The notes beneath the pieces are model-generated. The model saw only the letters and a list, made by a program, of their open reading frames with translations. It was not told where the DNA came from and searched no databases. From Bacillota bacterium (lineage in GTDB: Bacteria > Bacillota > Clostridia > Lachnospirales > Lachnospiraceae), in assembly GCA_023399055.1 (NCBI GenBank), contig JAEWQV010000034.1, positions 46,124-110,123 on the forward strand: 64,000 nucleotides of DNA. The letters run 5' to 3'. Position numbers and translations under genes: made by a program. Position 1 is the stretch's first letter. The number at the start of each line of letters is the position of its first letter. Positions 49,901-60,402 of this stretch are shown here, one piece after another.

Positions 49901-50779
49901 GGTTTCCGTATTAAGGTTTCCGATGGCGATGTGCTTGAAGCTGGTGATGAATTAACCGAAGGTAGTGTTAATCCTCATGATATCTTAAGAATTAAGGGAA
50001 TTCGTGCTGTACAGGACTATATGATCCAGGAAGTACAGAGAGTTTACCGTCTGCAAGGTGTTGAGATTAACGATAAGCATATCGAGGTTATCGTTCGTCA
50101 GATGTTAAAGAAGATTAGAATTGAGACCAATGGAGATACAAGTTTCCTACCAGGTACTTTAGTAGATACTTTAGAATATGATGATGAGAATGCAAGATTA
50201 CTTACAGAAGGCTTAGAGCCAGCAGATGGTAAGCAGGTAATGCTCGGTATTACCAAGGCATCCCTTGCAACAAATTCCTTCTTATCAGCAGCTTCTTTCC
50301 AGGAGACTACTAAGGTTCTTACAGAAGCAGCAATCAAAGGTAAAGTCGATCCATTGATTGGTCTTAAGGAAAATGTAATTATCGGTAAGTTAATACCAGC
50401 TGGTACTGGTATGAAGAGATACCGTTCTGTAAAACTTGATACTGATACACCTGAGGAGTATACTCTTTCTGAAGAACTTGAAGGTGAAGGCAGCTATTTT
50501 GAGGAATACGACAGTTTTGAATTCTCCAATGGGGATTTTGATGAAGAATCCTTATATGAGGAAGATTATGATGACGAAGGTTCCCTTGATGCTGAAGATG
50601 GAATAGCAGATATCGTTTATGATGAGGATAAGTATAAAACTCATGATATGGACGATTTAGATGATGCAGATGATTCTAGAGTTGCTTATGGAGCAAATGC
50701 TCATAATGATGGTGACTGGACAGAAGCAAAATTTAATCTAAAAGGTATTTCAGAAGATGATTACAGCGACGAAGACTAG
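46925..50779 (+). CDS. rpoC: RNA polymerase beta' subunit
   Basis: NADFDGD active site; N-terminal Zn finger. Confidence 0.99.
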   Translation: MSEILSNIQEITYDAIKIGLASPEKIREWSKGEVRKPETINYRTLKPEKDGLFCERIFGPSKDWECHCGKYKKIRYKGVVCDRCGVEVTKASVRRERMGHIELAAPVSHIWYFKGIPSRMGLILDLSPRTLEKVLYFASYIVLDKGTTDLQYKQVLNEKERQEAIEKYGYNSFRLGMGAEAIQELLQAIDLEKESKELKRGLKDSTGQKRARIIKRLEVVEAFRESHNQPDWMILSVIPVIPPDLRPMVQLDGGRFATSDMNDLYRRIINRNNRLKRLLELGAPDIIVRNEKRMLQEAVDALIDNGRRGRPVTGPGNRALKSLSDMLKGKQGRFRQNLLGKRVDYSGRSVIVVGPELKLYQCGLPKEMAIELFKPFVMKELVARGTAHNIKSAKKMVERLQTEVWDVLEEVIKEHPVMLNRAPTLHRLGIQAFEPVLVEGKAIKLHPLVCTAYNADFDGDQMAVHLPLSVEAQAECRFLLLSPNNLLKPSDGAPVTVPSQDMVLGIYYLTIEREMEGGVRHHYKSLNEAILAYENGAISLHEMIKVRRSGINNQGVEEIRAVQSTLGRFIFNEIIPQDLGFIDRSLDENFLKLEINFLVGKKQLKPILEKCINIHGATKTAEILDAVKSLGYKYSTRAAMTVSISDMKVPEEKKQIMAEAEATIEDIAKEYRRGRMTEEERYSAVIDTWKEADKILTDKLLSGLDKFNNIKMMSDSGARGSDKQIKQLAGMRGLMADTTGKTIELPIKSNLREGLDVLEYFISAHGARKGLSDTALRTADSGYLTRRLVDVSQDLIIREVDCCEGHEIPGMVIEAFMDGKEMIESLEERITGRYSCESIYDTDGSMIVKANHMITPKRAAKIISTGVEKVKIRTILSCKSHIGVCAKCYGANMATGEAVQVGEAVGIIAAQSIGEPGTQLTMRTFHTGGVAGDDITQGLPRVEELFEARKPKGLAIIAEFGGVVTIKDTKKKREVIVTNNETMEAKAYLIPYGFRIKVSDGDVLEAGDELTEGSVNPHDILRIKGIRAVQDYMIQEVQRVYRLQGVEINDKHIEVIVRQMLKKIRIETNGDTSFLPGTLVDTLEYDDENARLLTEGLEPADGKQVMLGITKASLATNSFLSAASFQETTKVLTEAAIKGKVDPLIGLKENVIIGKLIPAGTGMKRYRSVKLDTDTPEEYTLSEELEGEGSYFEEYDSFEFSNGDFDEESLYEEDYDDEGSLDAEDGIADIVYDEDKYKTHDMDDLDDADDSRVAYGANAHNDGDWTEAKFNLKGISEDDYSDED

Positions 50780-50800
50780 AGTTAAATAAGAATTAACAAT

Positions 50801-50839
50801 GAGCGGGCTCGAAAACTTTGGTTTTCGAACCCGCTTTTT
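50801..50839 (+). terminator. Intrinsic terminator after rpoC
   Basis: AGCGGGCTCGAAAAC/GTTTTCGAACCCGCT + T-tract. Confidence 0.9.
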
Positions 50840-51077
50840 AATTGAGACTAAAACCTTTACATTTGTTCAAATAGGGGGTTGATTTTCAAAATAAAGTTAG
50901 GTATTATAAAGCTAAATGTTTTGATGGAGATAAATATACAACTTCAACAATTCTGTCTTAAGATATTGTCATTATTTTAAATTTTTTGTTTTAAAACAGC
51001 AATCATAATAACCCATAAGACAGAGTGCAGCGATTGGATAATATTATAGTGCAATAGAAAGAATGAGGATTAAGAGT

Positions 51078-52793
51078 ATGGATTTTTTAAAGAAATATGA
51101 GGAATGGACAACAAACCCATACTTTGATGAAGCCACTAGAGAAGAACTTGTGGCGCTCAAAGAAAATGAAACAGAGGTAAAAGAACGTTTTTATCGTGAT
51201 TTGGAATTTGGTACCGGTGGTCTTAGAGGTATCCTAGGTGCTGGTGTTAATCGTATGAATCTCTATACAGTTAGAAGAGCAACACAAGGCTTGGCTAATA
51301 CAATTCTAAAAGAAGCTGGAGAAAATAAAGGTGTAGCTATCGCTTACGATTCTAGAAGAATGTCTCCTGAATTTGCACTAGATTCTGCTCTTTGTTTAGC
51401 TGCAAACGGAATCCATGCATATTTATTTGAAAGTCTTCGTCCGACTCCTGAATTGTCCTTTGCAGTGAGAGAATTGGGCTGTATGGCAGGTATTGTTATC
51501 ACAGCAAGCCATAACCCTGCTGAATATAATGGATATAAAGTTTACTGGGAAGATGGCGCACAGGTTACTTATCCTAAAGATGAAGAAATCATTAATGAAG
51601 TAAAGTCTATTCATGATTTTGCTGAAGCAAAAACTATGAGTAAAGAAGATGCACTTGCAAAAGGTCTTCTTACCATGATTGGCAAAGAAATTGATGATAG
51701 GTATATTGCTGAACTAAGGAAACTGGTAGTAAACCCTATCAATGAAGAAAGCAAAAAGATGAAGATTGTTTACACTCCATTGCATGGAACAGGCAACCTT
51801 CCAGTTAGAAGAATTTTAGATGAGCTTGGATTTGAAGACGTATTAGTTGTTCCGGAACAGGAGTTACCTGATTCTGAATTTTCCACAGTCGGTTATCCAA
51901 ACCCAGAAGATCCAAAGGTATTTGCACTTGCCAAAAAGTTAGCAAATGAAGTTGGTGCAGATTTAATACTTGCTACAGATCCAGATGCAGATCGTCTTGG
52001 TATTATGGTAAAGGATGATAAAGGCGAGTTTGTTTTATTCAACGGTAATATGACAGGAGCCTTAATTGCAGAGTATCAATTTTCTCAAAAAGCAGAAAAA
52101 GGAACCTTACCAAGTAATGCAGCCTTAATCAAAACGATTGTAACCGGAAACATGTCTGATATGATTGCAGAGCACTATAATGCAAGATTAATTGAAGTAT
52201 TAACCGGTTTTAAATATATCGGTGAACAGATCCGTTTATTTGAAGAAACAGGTTCTAATGAGTATATCTTTGGATATGAAGAGAGTTATGGCTGTCTTGT
52301 TGGAACACATTCCAGAGATAAGGATGCAATTGTAGCAGTAATGTGTCTATGTGAAGCAGCGGCATACTATAAGTCAAAGGGTATTTCTTTATATCAGCAA
52401 ATGAATAATATCTATGAAAAGTATGGATATTTCAAAGAAGACCTAGTATCTGTAACTTTAAAGGGTATTACTGGTATGGAGAGAATTAAAGAGATTATGA
52501 ACAGCTACCGTGAGAATCCACCGGTTGCAGTAGGAGACTATAAAGTTCTTAAGATAAGGGACTATCAGGAGGATACTATTACTGATATAGCAAGCAAAGC
52601 AGTAACAGCTACAGGATTACCAAAGTCCGATGTTCTTTACTTTGATTTAAATGATAACGCATGGTGTGCTGTAAGACCTTCCGGTACCGAGCCTAAGATT
52701 AAATTCTATTTTGGTGTTAAGGGAGCAGATGCTAAGGATGCCGAAGCGAAGTTATCAAAACTGATGAATGATGAGGTTTTCAAGGTAAGCTAA
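51078..52793 (+). CDS. pgm: Phosphoglucomutase/phosphomannomutase
   Basis: TASHNP, DPDADR, GYEESYG, RPSGTEPKIK. Confidence 0.93.
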   Translation: MDFLKKYEEWTTNPYFDEATREELVALKENETEVKERFYRDLEFGTGGLRGILGAGVNRMNLYTVRRATQGLANTILKEAGENKGVAIAYDSRRMSPEFALDSALCLAANGIHAYLFESLRPTPELSFAVRELGCMAGIVITASHNPAEYNGYKVYWEDGAQVTYPKDEEIINEVKSIHDFAEAKTMSKEDALAKGLLTMIGKEIDDRYIAELRKLVVNPINEESKKMKIVYTPLHGTGNLPVRRILDELGFEDVLVVPEQELPDSEFSTVGYPNPEDPKVFALAKKLANEVGADLILATDPDADRLGIMVKDDKGEFVLFNGNMTGALIAEYQFSQKAEKGTLPSNAALIKTIVTGNMSDMIAEHYNARLIEVLTGFKYIGEQIRLFEETGSNEYIFGYEESYGCLVGTHSRDKDAIVAVMCLCEAAAYYKSKGISLYQQMNNIYEKYGYFKEDLVSVTLKGITGMERIKEIMNSYRENPPVAVGDYKVLKIRDYQEDTITDIASKAVTATGLPKSDVLYFDLNDNAWCAVRPSGTEPKIKFYFGVKGADAKDAEAKLSKLMNDEVFKVS

Positions 52794-52851
52794 AACATAA
52801 TATAAATAGAACATTATATATGATGATTGGCAAGTCATTCATTTGCTATGA

Positions 52852-52893
52852 AAAAGGAAGAAGGATTATGAAGTCATAATTCTTCTTCCTTTT
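52852..52893. terminator. Bidirectional terminator
   Basis: AAAAGGAAGAAGGATTATGA/TCATAATTCTTCTTCCTTTT between convergent genes. Confidence 0.85.
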
Positions 52894-52952
52894 AAAAATA
52901 GACTAATTCAGCTTTGCAGTATAAAATCAATTATTTTACTTGGGGAATTAAA

Positions 52953-53579
52953 CTACCATATATTATAGTGAATTCTGTCCTTGAGATCAAATTCATGCTG
53001 GTTATTAATGACTGCATCCTCAGCAGGATATCCCAAGGCAATATAACAGGGCATGATATAATTGTCGGGATGTCCGATTGCTTCCTTTAGATATTTAGTT
53101 TCTTTATCAAAAGGAATTCGGAAAGAAGAGCCCAAACCTTCTGCTGCCGCAGCAAGAAAAATATTCTCAATACAACACCAGATAGAAGCAAAACTATTTA
53201 GATTGCTTAGAGTTTTTGGCTTTAATAAGGGAGTATCTTGGCGATAAAAGGGTAGTATCAGACACCCAGAGTGGTACAGCATGGAATATTGTTTTGGTAC
53301 ACCATCCATATACATCTCTCTTTGGCAGGGATTATCTAACAGAGAGCTTTTAAGAAAGCTTTCTACCTGTTTAGTTGTTATCTTCTTTGGAATCTTACCA
53401 ATAATCCTAGCCTTTTCGGCAGGATCGGTAATTACAACAAATTCCCAATTTCTCATATGGTCGTTGGTCGGTGCCTTTAGACCAGCATTCAAGATCCTAT
53501 GGATTACCTCCATGGGAATTTCGATGTCTTTCAGGTCACGAATAGTGCGCCTTTTATTAATTACAGAATAAAAATCCAT
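52953..53579 (-). CDS. Nitroreductase family protein
   Basis: RRTIR, AGLKAPT, NIFLAAAAEGLGS, IALGYP; start set at ATG 53579. Confidence 0.9.
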   Translation of the reverse strand: MDFYSVINKRRTIRDLKDIEIPMEVIHRILNAGLKAPTNDHMRNWEFVVITDPAEKARIIGKIPKKITTKQVESFLKSSLLDNPCQREMYMDGVPKQYSMLYHSGCLILPFYRQDTPLLKPKTLSNLNSFASIWCCIENIFLAAAAEGLGSSFRIPFDKETKYLKEAIGHPDNYIMPCYIALGYPAEDAVINNQHEFDLKDRIHYNIW

Positions 53580-53732
53580 ATATAGTACCCCTTTCATATA
53601 AAATATGGGATATTATACCATAAACAGCCGGACAAAGCAAACAAATGTTTGATTTATCCGGCTATAAGCAATTATATAAAAGATGAAACCAGTCATCTTT
53701 ATATATTATAAATCAATATAGTAATAGGAGTT

Positions 53733-54725
53733 TTAAACCAGCTTCTGCCCACAATTCGAACAGAAATTAGCTACCTCCGTCTTAGTTCCACAATTCGGGC
53801 AGAAATTAGGTTTGGCACTGCTCTGAGAATTGGGAGTTCCACCTTGCTGTTGATTTGTATTAGTATTATTTGACTGATTTACATTCTGCATATTTTGCAT
53901 CATCTGATTAGCCATATTAATTCCCATCATCATTCCCGCCATATCAGAAGCTGCGCCACCACCCTGCATATTACCGGAAGTCATTCCTTCGGTAAATGCA
54001 ATTGACTGATAACGACCGAGATCTCCTACCATGCTATGAGAAGCATTTTTGTTAATCATATTTTGTATTTGTTCTGGATAAGTAAAGCTCATGATGTTAA
54101 AGGCTGTAATAGACATACCAGAATCAAAGAGCTGCATATCAAGGTCGGAGCGGATACCTTTGGCTATTTCAAAGGAGTTCACCTGAAGATTGAACATATC
54201 CTTGCCTTCTTTACTAATCCATTTCATAAGAAGTTGATCAAGGATAGTAACAATACGAAGTCTTACGTCCTCGATATAATAAGCTTGTTTCACGCCAGCG
54301 ATTTTATCAATCAATTTCACATAGTCGGTTACCTTAAATGTAAAAGTACCATTAGCACGGATTGGCATTCCACCAGGTAATTGTGGAGTTGGTATATTAA
54401 TCGCATTCTGTGTACCCCATTTTACAATAAACTCCTTTGTATTTATAAATAATACCTCTGCCCTTACACCACTGTTGAAACCAAATTTAAATCCTGAAAG
54501 TGTTGAGAGAAATGGTATAATCTGTGATTCGATATCGTAGTCGCCTTCGTCTTTAAAAATACCTTCAAGTTTGCCGTTATATAGAAATACAGCATCCTGA
54601 CCTGGACGAATAATTAAGCGACTGCCTTTCTTAATCTCATCATTACTCCATTTATAAAAAATAATGTCATCACGAAATTCTTGCCATTCAACAACGTTTG
54701 CAAATTGTCTTGAGAATAAACCCAT
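53733..54725 (-). CDS. ydjI: SPFH/band-7 domain protein with C-terminal double zinc ribbon (YdjI-like)
   Basis: LIIRPGQDAVF, KWGT, PNFCPNCG...NFCSNCG; operon context. Confidence 0.85.
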   Translation of the reverse strand: MGLFSRQFANVVEWQEFRDDIIFYKWSNDEIKKGSRLIIRPGQDAVFLYNGKLEGIFKDEGDYDIESQIIPFLSTLSGFKFGFNSGVRAEVLFINTKEFIVKWGTQNAINIPTPQLPGGMPIRANGTFTFKVTDYVKLIDKIAGVKQAYYIEDVRLRIVTILDQLLMKWISKEGKDMFNLQVNSFEIAKGIRSDLDMQLFDSGMSITAFNIMSFTYPEQIQNMINKNASHSMVGDLGRYQSIAFTEGMTSGNMQGGGAASDMAGMMMGINMANQMMQNMQNVNQSNNTNTNQQQGGTPNSQSSAKPNFCPNCGTKTEVANFCSNCGQKLV

Positions 54726-54932
54726 AAAATTACCTCCTATATTATTAATTTTACATTTTTGGTTTTCATTTATAGTTGCTATTAACTTATTGGAAATTAT
54801 TTTTATTTATTGCGAATTACTTTTATATCTGCGTATATTTGAATTATTTAAACGAAATAAATATAATCTATTTTTTCAAAGTTTTGCAGTGGTCGTGGTA
54901 ATCAATATTATGATATTGAATTAGTGATATAA

Positions 54933-55835
54933 TTAGAACTTTCCTCCACCGGAGCTATGAGACCTGCCACCGCTGGAAACGCCACCACGGAAGCCACCTG
55001 CATTAAAGCCACCACCTCGGTTGTTCTGATTATCTTGGGGTTTTCTTACCCGGGTAACTGTTGTTCTAAGATAAATATCCCTTCTACCTATTAAACCTGA
55101 ATTATTCTGATCAATATAGTTATTACCACCGGCAGTCATCCGGCCACTGGAATTGTAAGCCATAATGGCTACTGTAATTGCGCCAACCACTAATGAAATA
55201 CCAAGCAGCACCAAAGGGTTTTCCATTGTTTCAAGAACTTGACTTTTTGCGGAGTTACGATCAGAAGGCCAGGTTGCATCATAATTTGGAGCATCAGGGT
55301 CACTGGACTGAGGAGTTCCTGCGGTATAATCATGATCATAATTTAACTCAGAATCATCACTCATATAATCAGCCGCCATTTTAATATAGGTAACAAAGGC
55401 ATCATAATAATTACCATCAGATAAGTCTGGAGTAATTTTATTGATAATAGTATCTATTCGTTTTGAATGAATATAGGTTTCAGCCAACCCAAAACCTTCA
55501 ATGAATACATCGCGTTCGACCATATCCATTCCCAAGTATACACGATCACCCACTGGCAGAGCATCTTCAAAATCTTCGATATAACTTTCGATATATGGAG
55601 CACTGGAACTATCATGTGTTAATATCATTATTTCGATACCAGCTGCCTCACCGTAAGTAATACATAGATCTTCTAAATCGTTACGTTCGGATGTGGATAA
55701 TAGGTTAGCTTTATCATAGACATGTTGATAACTGTCTTCAGTTTGTGCAGCTGCAATAGGAATAGTGCCTATAAAGAATATTGTCATACTCAGGCACAAA
55801 CATACCAATAAACGATGGGAGATTGTTTTGAGCAT
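54933..55835 (-). CDS. ydjH: TPM-domain membrane protein (YdjH-like)
   Basis: Signal peptide, VYDKANLLS, TM helix, Gly-rich tail SSGGRSHSSGGGKF. Confidence 0.85.
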   Translation of the reverse strand: MLKTISHRLLVCLCLSMTIFFIGTIPIAAAQTEDSYQHVYDKANLLSTSERNDLEDLCITYGEAAGIEIMILTHDSSSAPYIESYIEDFEDALPVGDRVYLGMDMVERDVFIEGFGLAETYIHSKRIDTIINKITPDLSDGNYYDAFVTYIKMAADYMSDDSELNYDHDYTAGTPQSSDPDAPNYDATWPSDRNSAKSQVLETMENPLVLLGISLVVGAITVAIMAYNSSGRMTAGGNNYIDQNNSGLIGRRDIYLRTTVTRVRKPQDNQNNRGGGFNAGGFRGGVSSGGRSHSSGGGKF

Positions 55836-56974
55836 CAGAAACCACCTCCTAATATAATTCGTATTAATTGTAAGATGATATAGGTTCCAGTAGATACGCC
55901 TGTGAACCAGGCTAATATTTTTGCTTTACTCAAAGGGGGCTTACCAACAATTTTTCCTGTCTGACCGTTCATCATGAAGATGTGCTCGGCTTGCCTATAA
56001 TCATAGCATACCATCCAGACGGGCATTAGAGTATATTCAGCTTTTCGCTTTCTAATATTGATATCCTCCCGATTAATATTAACGGTAGTATAACCATTGA
56101 TTGTGGAGCGAATGTACTGATTTACATACTTACTCACTCTATCCTTAATACGAGGTAACATTTGTTCTTCATCAAAATCATACTTCTCTGCGATATAACC
56201 TGCAAGATAGGGCATTTCAAATTGTTTCAGGTTTTGATAATTATAAGGCTCCATTTTATCCATCATAGAATCCTCCATCTTCTTGGAGGAATCACAGGGG
56301 ATACGAGAGTAATTCAAATCAACTTTTCTGTAAACATGATACCATTTGGTTTCTGTATAGATCCAGTCACCCATGGTATAGGTACGGACTCTGGTACAGG
56401 TTGCATCAACTTCACCTCTACCATTCATATCATAAAGCCAAAAGGGAACATAAAGACCAGTAATGTTTTTAATACGATCAGCAGTCATAAAGTCGGAGGG
56501 GGTTAATAGACCCTTTTTACACCATTTTTTAAAGGCTTCCTGCGCCTGTTCTTTGCTAATAGTAAAAGGAATAACAAGGCCAGGAGCGAGACTTCCGCTT
56601 AGTCTGTCGCTTAGTACAACTCCTGCACCACAGAAGCTGCAAGTGGTTGCGGTGGTTTGTGTATCCGTAATTAGAACTGCGCCACAATTGTTACAGTGAT
56701 ATTCATTGGCTTCATTTCCATGAAAGGTAGAGTGTCTGCTGGTTTCATCGGAACCTGAAGTATCAGAATAATCGTACTCGAAACCGGATTCGGCAGCTTT
56801 TCTGTCTTCGTCATCCATATCATAGGAAGCATCCCCACCAGAGGAATGTTTACCGGCCATTTCTTCAATGTGATCCGTACGCCCGCAACTACCACAGCGA
56901 AGCATACCAGACTGTGTATCAAAAGCCATATCGGCCCCACAATTAGGGCATTTATAATGTACTACTGTTGACAT
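55835..56974 (-). CDS. ydjG: Zinc-ribbon membrane protein (YdjG-like)
   Basis: CPNCG...CGSCG and CNNCG...CSFCG; YVPFWLY; NGQTGK; C-terminal TM. Confidence 0.85.
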   Translation of the reverse strand: MSTVVHYKCPNCGADMAFDTQSGMLRCGSCGRTDHIEEMAGKHSSGGDASYDMDDEDRKAAESGFEYDYSDTSGSDETSRHSTFHGNEANEYHCNNCGAVLITDTQTTATTCSFCGAGVVLSDRLSGSLAPGLVIPFTISKEQAQEAFKKWCKKGLLTPSDFMTADRIKNITGLYVPFWLYDMNGRGEVDATCTRVRTYTMGDWIYTETKWYHVYRKVDLNYSRIPCDSSKKMEDSMMDKMEPYNYQNLKQFEMPYLAGYIAEKYDFDEEQMLPRIKDRVSKYVNQYIRSTINGYTTVNINREDINIRKRKAEYTLMPVWMVCYDYRQAEHIFMMNGQTGKIVGKPPLSKAKILAWFTGVSTGTYIILQLIRIILGGGF

Positions 56975-57102
56975 TTTTATATCCTTCCTTTAAGGTTTTA
57001 CCTGATAGCTTTTTCGATGGCTAATTCTGTAATCAACCGATGATTCATGATATAAGCCAGCATTATAAAACGACATAACCTTTCACTTGTCACGAACTGT
57101 TA

Positions 57103-57145
57103 AAATGTCCGCTTAAGAAAGAAGGTTCTTTCCTTGCGGACATTT
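57103..57145. terminator. Intergenic hairpin after pspA
   Basis: AAATGTCCGC/GCGGACATTT stem. Confidence 0.55.
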
Positions 57146-57203
57146 ATCTATGAATCTTAAATGAGTTGAGCGACTTGCACTAACCTATCTTTCTGATAGA
57201 ATG

Positions 57204-57878
57204 TTATTTGGTAAGGCTTGCTTTGAGAGCAGCAAGTTCGCTATCAACATCGGCAGCAGAGGAATATTTTTTGGAAAGATCCTCAATTGTCTGCTCTTTT
57301 GAAGAATTGTTTAATGTAGCCATTGCGTTTGCTTTATCAAGTGCCTTATCAGCCATTTCTTCATATCTATGAAAACTTGCGATAGAGTCATTTGCACTGG
57401 CAACCGAGGATTCCATCTTGTTGATACGTTCCTGTGTCTTTGCGACAGCAAGTTTACCTTTGATCATATCCTTGCGTGCTTCCAGTTCATTGATATCATC
57501 CACTAATTTGTCATGCATCTCGCGCATATGAACTGCATTGGTATGTGCTAAATCATAGGCCTCTTGAAGCCCGGTCTGTCTAGCGGTTAAAGTTGCTTTC
57601 TGTTCCAGGAATTTGCGAGCATCATCTTCGTTGTTGGATTCTAAAGCTTTTATTGCATATGATTGCATTTTGCCAATTTCTTCTACACAATCATCAAGGA
57701 CTCTCTTAGCACGCTGTTCTTCCGCCATTATGGTAGCAGTTTCTGATTTTACTTTACCTAGATCTGAATTTAAGTTTCTAAGGCACTGATCAATCATTTT
57801 TTCTGGGTCCTCTGCTTTATCTAACAGTGCATTAATGTTGCTTGACATAATATCTCTGAATCTTGTTAATATTCCCAT
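57204..57878 (-). CDS. pspA: PspA/IM30 family protein
   Basis: MGILTRFRDIMSSNINALLDKAEDPEKM; coiled coil. Confidence 0.95.
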   Translation of the reverse strand: MGILTRFRDIMSSNINALLDKAEDPEKMIDQCLRNLNSDLGKVKSETATIMAEEQRAKRVLDDCVEEIGKMQSYAIKALESNNEDDARKFLEQKATLTARQTGLQEAYDLAHTNAVHMREMHDKLVDDINELEARKDMIKGKLAVAKTQERINKMESSVASANDSIASFHRYEEMADKALDKANAMATLNNSSKEQTIEDLSKKYSSAADVDSELAALKASLTK

Positions 57879-57990
57879 TGTGATATCCTCCTATATTATC
57901 TTCCCGGCTTACCTTGCAAAAAATATTAGTGTTCGAAATAATATCAAAACATTCTGCACTGAGCCGAATTGTTAACTAATTACAGTTACA

Positions 57991-58067
57991 AGTTTAGTAT
58001 TTATTTACTCCATCGTCAAGTTAAATTATGGTTAGAATAATTAGAGCAGATTAAAGCAATATTAGAA
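57991..58067 (-). promoter_or_regulatory. sigmaA promoter of pspA with upstream phased repeats
   Basis: Minus strand TTGACG-N17-TAAACT (58019-57991); TTA(G/A)A units at 58021, 58032, 58041, 58051 and 58062. Confidence 0.55.
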
Positions 58068-58251
58068 CCATCAATTTTCGCAACAGCTCTTATAGCTAAA
58101 CTATTACAATTTATCTAAGGGAAATAACGGTTCATGTTGTATTTTTACAGCTCGTGATTTATAATTAGGTACGAATTCGCTAACAGAATTAGAAGAAGCT
58201 ACTTAATGAAAAAGTACTTAATAAGTACTTAATATAGAAAGAGAGATTAAT

Positions 58252-59121
58252 ATGTGGATTGCAAAGGATTGGAAGGATTATGAAGTTATAGATACCTCTA
58301 ACGGTGAGAAGCTCGAGCGCTGGGGAAATTATATATTGGTACGTCCAGACCCACAGGTAATATGGAATACAGAAAAGCAGCAAAAGGGTTGGAAGAAGCC
58401 GAATGCGCATTATCATAGAAGCTCAAAGGGTGGAGGAGAATGGGAGTTCTTCGATTTACCTAAGCAGTGGGATATTACTTATAAGAATTTGACCTTTCAT
58501 TTGCAACCCTTTAGCTTTAAACATACAGGATTATTTCCCGAACAAGCTGTTAATTGGGACTGGTTTTCTGAAAAGATCGCAGCTGTTAAGGATAGACAGG
58601 TAAAAGTGTTGAATTTGTTTGCTTATACGGGCGGAGCAACGTTGGCAGCAGCGAAAGCTGGTGCTGCGGTTACACATGTAGATGCATCAAAGGGTATGGT
58701 TACCTGGGCCAAAGAGAATGCGGAAGCTTCCGGACTTGGAAATGCGCCAATTCGTTATATGGTAGACGATTGCGTTAAATTTGTGGAAAGAGAAATTCGT
58801 AGAGGCAATAAATACGATGCGATAATTATGGATCCGCCTTCTTATGGGCGTGGGCCAAAGGGCGAAACTTGGAAGATTGAAGATAATATTCATCCATTTG
58901 TTCAACTTTGTACACAGGTGTTAACAGAAAAACCACTTTTCTTCCTTTTAAATTCCTATACTACTGGACTGCAGGCAGGTGTTTTAACCTATATGCTTTC
59001 GGAGGAATTAGGAAAAAGATTTGGTGGAAAGGTTACAGCTGATGAGATTGGGTTACCTGTGAGTAGCAATGGGCTGGTTCTGCCTTGCGGTGCATCCGGA
59101 CGGTGGGAAGCATTGATATAG
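58252..59121 (+). CDS. Class I SAM-dependent methyltransferase (RlmI/RlmK-like)
   Basis: KHTGLFPEQ, VLNLFAYTGG, MDPPSYG. Confidence 0.88.
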   Translation: MWIAKDWKDYEVIDTSNGEKLERWGNYILVRPDPQVIWNTEKQQKGWKKPNAHYHRSSKGGGEWEFFDLPKQWDITYKNLTFHLQPFSFKHTGLFPEQAVNWDWFSEKIAAVKDRQVKVLNLFAYTGGATLAAAKAGAAVTHVDASKGMVTWAKENAEASGLGNAPIRYMVDDCVKFVEREIRRGNKYDAIIMDPPSYGRGPKGETWKIEDNIHPFVQLCTQVLTEKPLFFLLNSYTTGLQAGVLTYMLSEELGKRFGGKVTADEIGLPVSSNGLVLPCGASGRWEALI

Positions 59122-59155
59122 TGTAACGGAAAGAAGTGCTATAATAAAATAAAAG

Positions 59156-59206
59156 ATAAGGCTATGTGACAAGTTACTTAAGTAATATGTCGCATAGCCT
59201 TTTTTA
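59156..59206. terminator. Terminator between convergent genes
   Basis: AAGGCTATGTGACA/TGTCGCATAGCCTT + T-tract. Confidence 0.8.
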
Positions 59207-59232
59207 TTATCAACTATATTGGCACAGGATGA

Positions 59233-60123
59233 CTATATATCCTCCTTTAAGTACTTTTTTATTCCGCTTAAGGCATAACCTTTTGCTAGCTCATCTATCG
59301 TATGAGTTTTTTCTGTATACATTTTAGATTCGTAGTTTTTAAGAGAATAACCTTGTTTTAATACGATAAACTTAGCCATATCAGCCTTTAGTGCTCTTTT
59401 TGGACAGTCGTAAATACATCTTAGACATAGTAAACAATTCTTTGAAAAGACAGGGCGATGATTACTCATATGTATGTTTTTGGCAGGGCAGCTATTTGCG
59501 CATAATCCACAACCATTGCAATTATCGTGGACTTTAATATGGAGAGCAAAGCTTTTTCCTGCAAATGGTAGCTTCTCAAACTCTCCAAAAAATGAAATAA
59601 CACGATTAAGTAAATTTGGTTTGGTTTTTCGAGTGATGCCTAAGAGGAGATCATCAACAATCCTTTCTACCTTATTTGGAAGTATTTCTAATAAACGATG
59701 TGAAAGCTCCTCCGGTGTAGCTATGATAAAGTTTGAAGGCATGACAATCATATGCTCATATACAACAGGATAGCCCTGTTTCTCCAGACGCTTAATGGTA
59801 TGAAGCCTGCATGCGGTATTTGGTGTAATTTCACCACCGCCGGACACACTAATTACAACAGCGGTACAAGTGTTTTCCTTAGAGAGCTTACTGATAAAGT
59901 GATAAATTGGTTCCGGGGCATTTGCAGCATAGACAGGATATAGGATAAGAAGTAAATCACAATCTATCTGTACATCTGGAGTACGAGGACTGATATCACG
60001 AAGTGTTACATCAATATTATGTTTGCCTAAGGAATCGGCAAATTGTTTAGCAACTCTTAGGGTTCCTCCAGTTCCACTAAAATAAACTATCTCCACCGTT
60101 CCTGGTATCTGGTAGGGTCTCAA
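59233..60123 (-). CDS. EFR1-type flavodoxin + 2x[4Fe-4S] ferredoxin protein
   Basis: YFSGTGGT, YPVYA, MPSN, CNGCGLCANSCP, CLLCLRCIYDCP; TTG start 60123 after AAGGGGGG. Confidence 0.88.
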   Translation of the reverse strand: MRPYQIPGTVEIVYFSGTGGTLRVAKQFADSLGKHNIDVTLRDISPRTPDVQIDCDLLLILYPVYAANAPEPIYHFISKLSKENTCTAVVISVSGGGEITPNTACRLHTIKRLEKQGYPVVYEHMIVMPSNFIIATPEELSHRLLEILPNKVERIVDDLLLGITRKTKPNLLNRVISFFGEFEKLPFAGKSFALHIKVHDNCNGCGLCANSCPAKNIHMSNHRPVFSKNCLLCLRCIYDCPKRALKADMAKFIVLKQGYSLKNYESKMYTEKTHTIDELAKGYALSGIKKYLKEDI

Positions 60124-60246
60124 CTTAAATCCCCCCTTTTTGGTTTCATATTCATACTTAATCGTATCACTGTTTTCTAATATATAATATAGCAGATTAT
60201 GGGTATGATTTCTATTAAATAAATTGGTGTAGTTTAAAAGGGTGCT

Positions 60247-60274
60247 TGTAACATTTGAGTCTATAATTCGTCTA
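60247..60274 (+). promoter_or_regulatory. ECF-sigma (likely autoregulatory) promoter
   Basis: TGTAAC-N16-CGTCTA upstream of the ECF sigma gene. Confidence 0.7.
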
Positions 60275-60402
60275 TATTTATATAGAACAATATAATATGA
60301 ATATGAATATAGATAATGATAATTCAGGGTACATAAATTATTCAAATTAGAGTGTAAATATTAGTGTCAGATATAGCCTATAAGTTAGACAGGAGGGGCA
60401 GA

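Noticed and set aside
53733..57878. pspA + zinc-ribbon + TPM + SPFH operon as a novel system
   Set aside because: Matches the described B. subtilis pspA-ydjGHI operon in gene order and motifs
60124..60345. 74-aa N-terminal extension of the flavodoxin-ferredoxin ORF
   Set aside because: AT-rich intergenic sequence containing the ECF promoter; a strong SD precedes TTG at 60123
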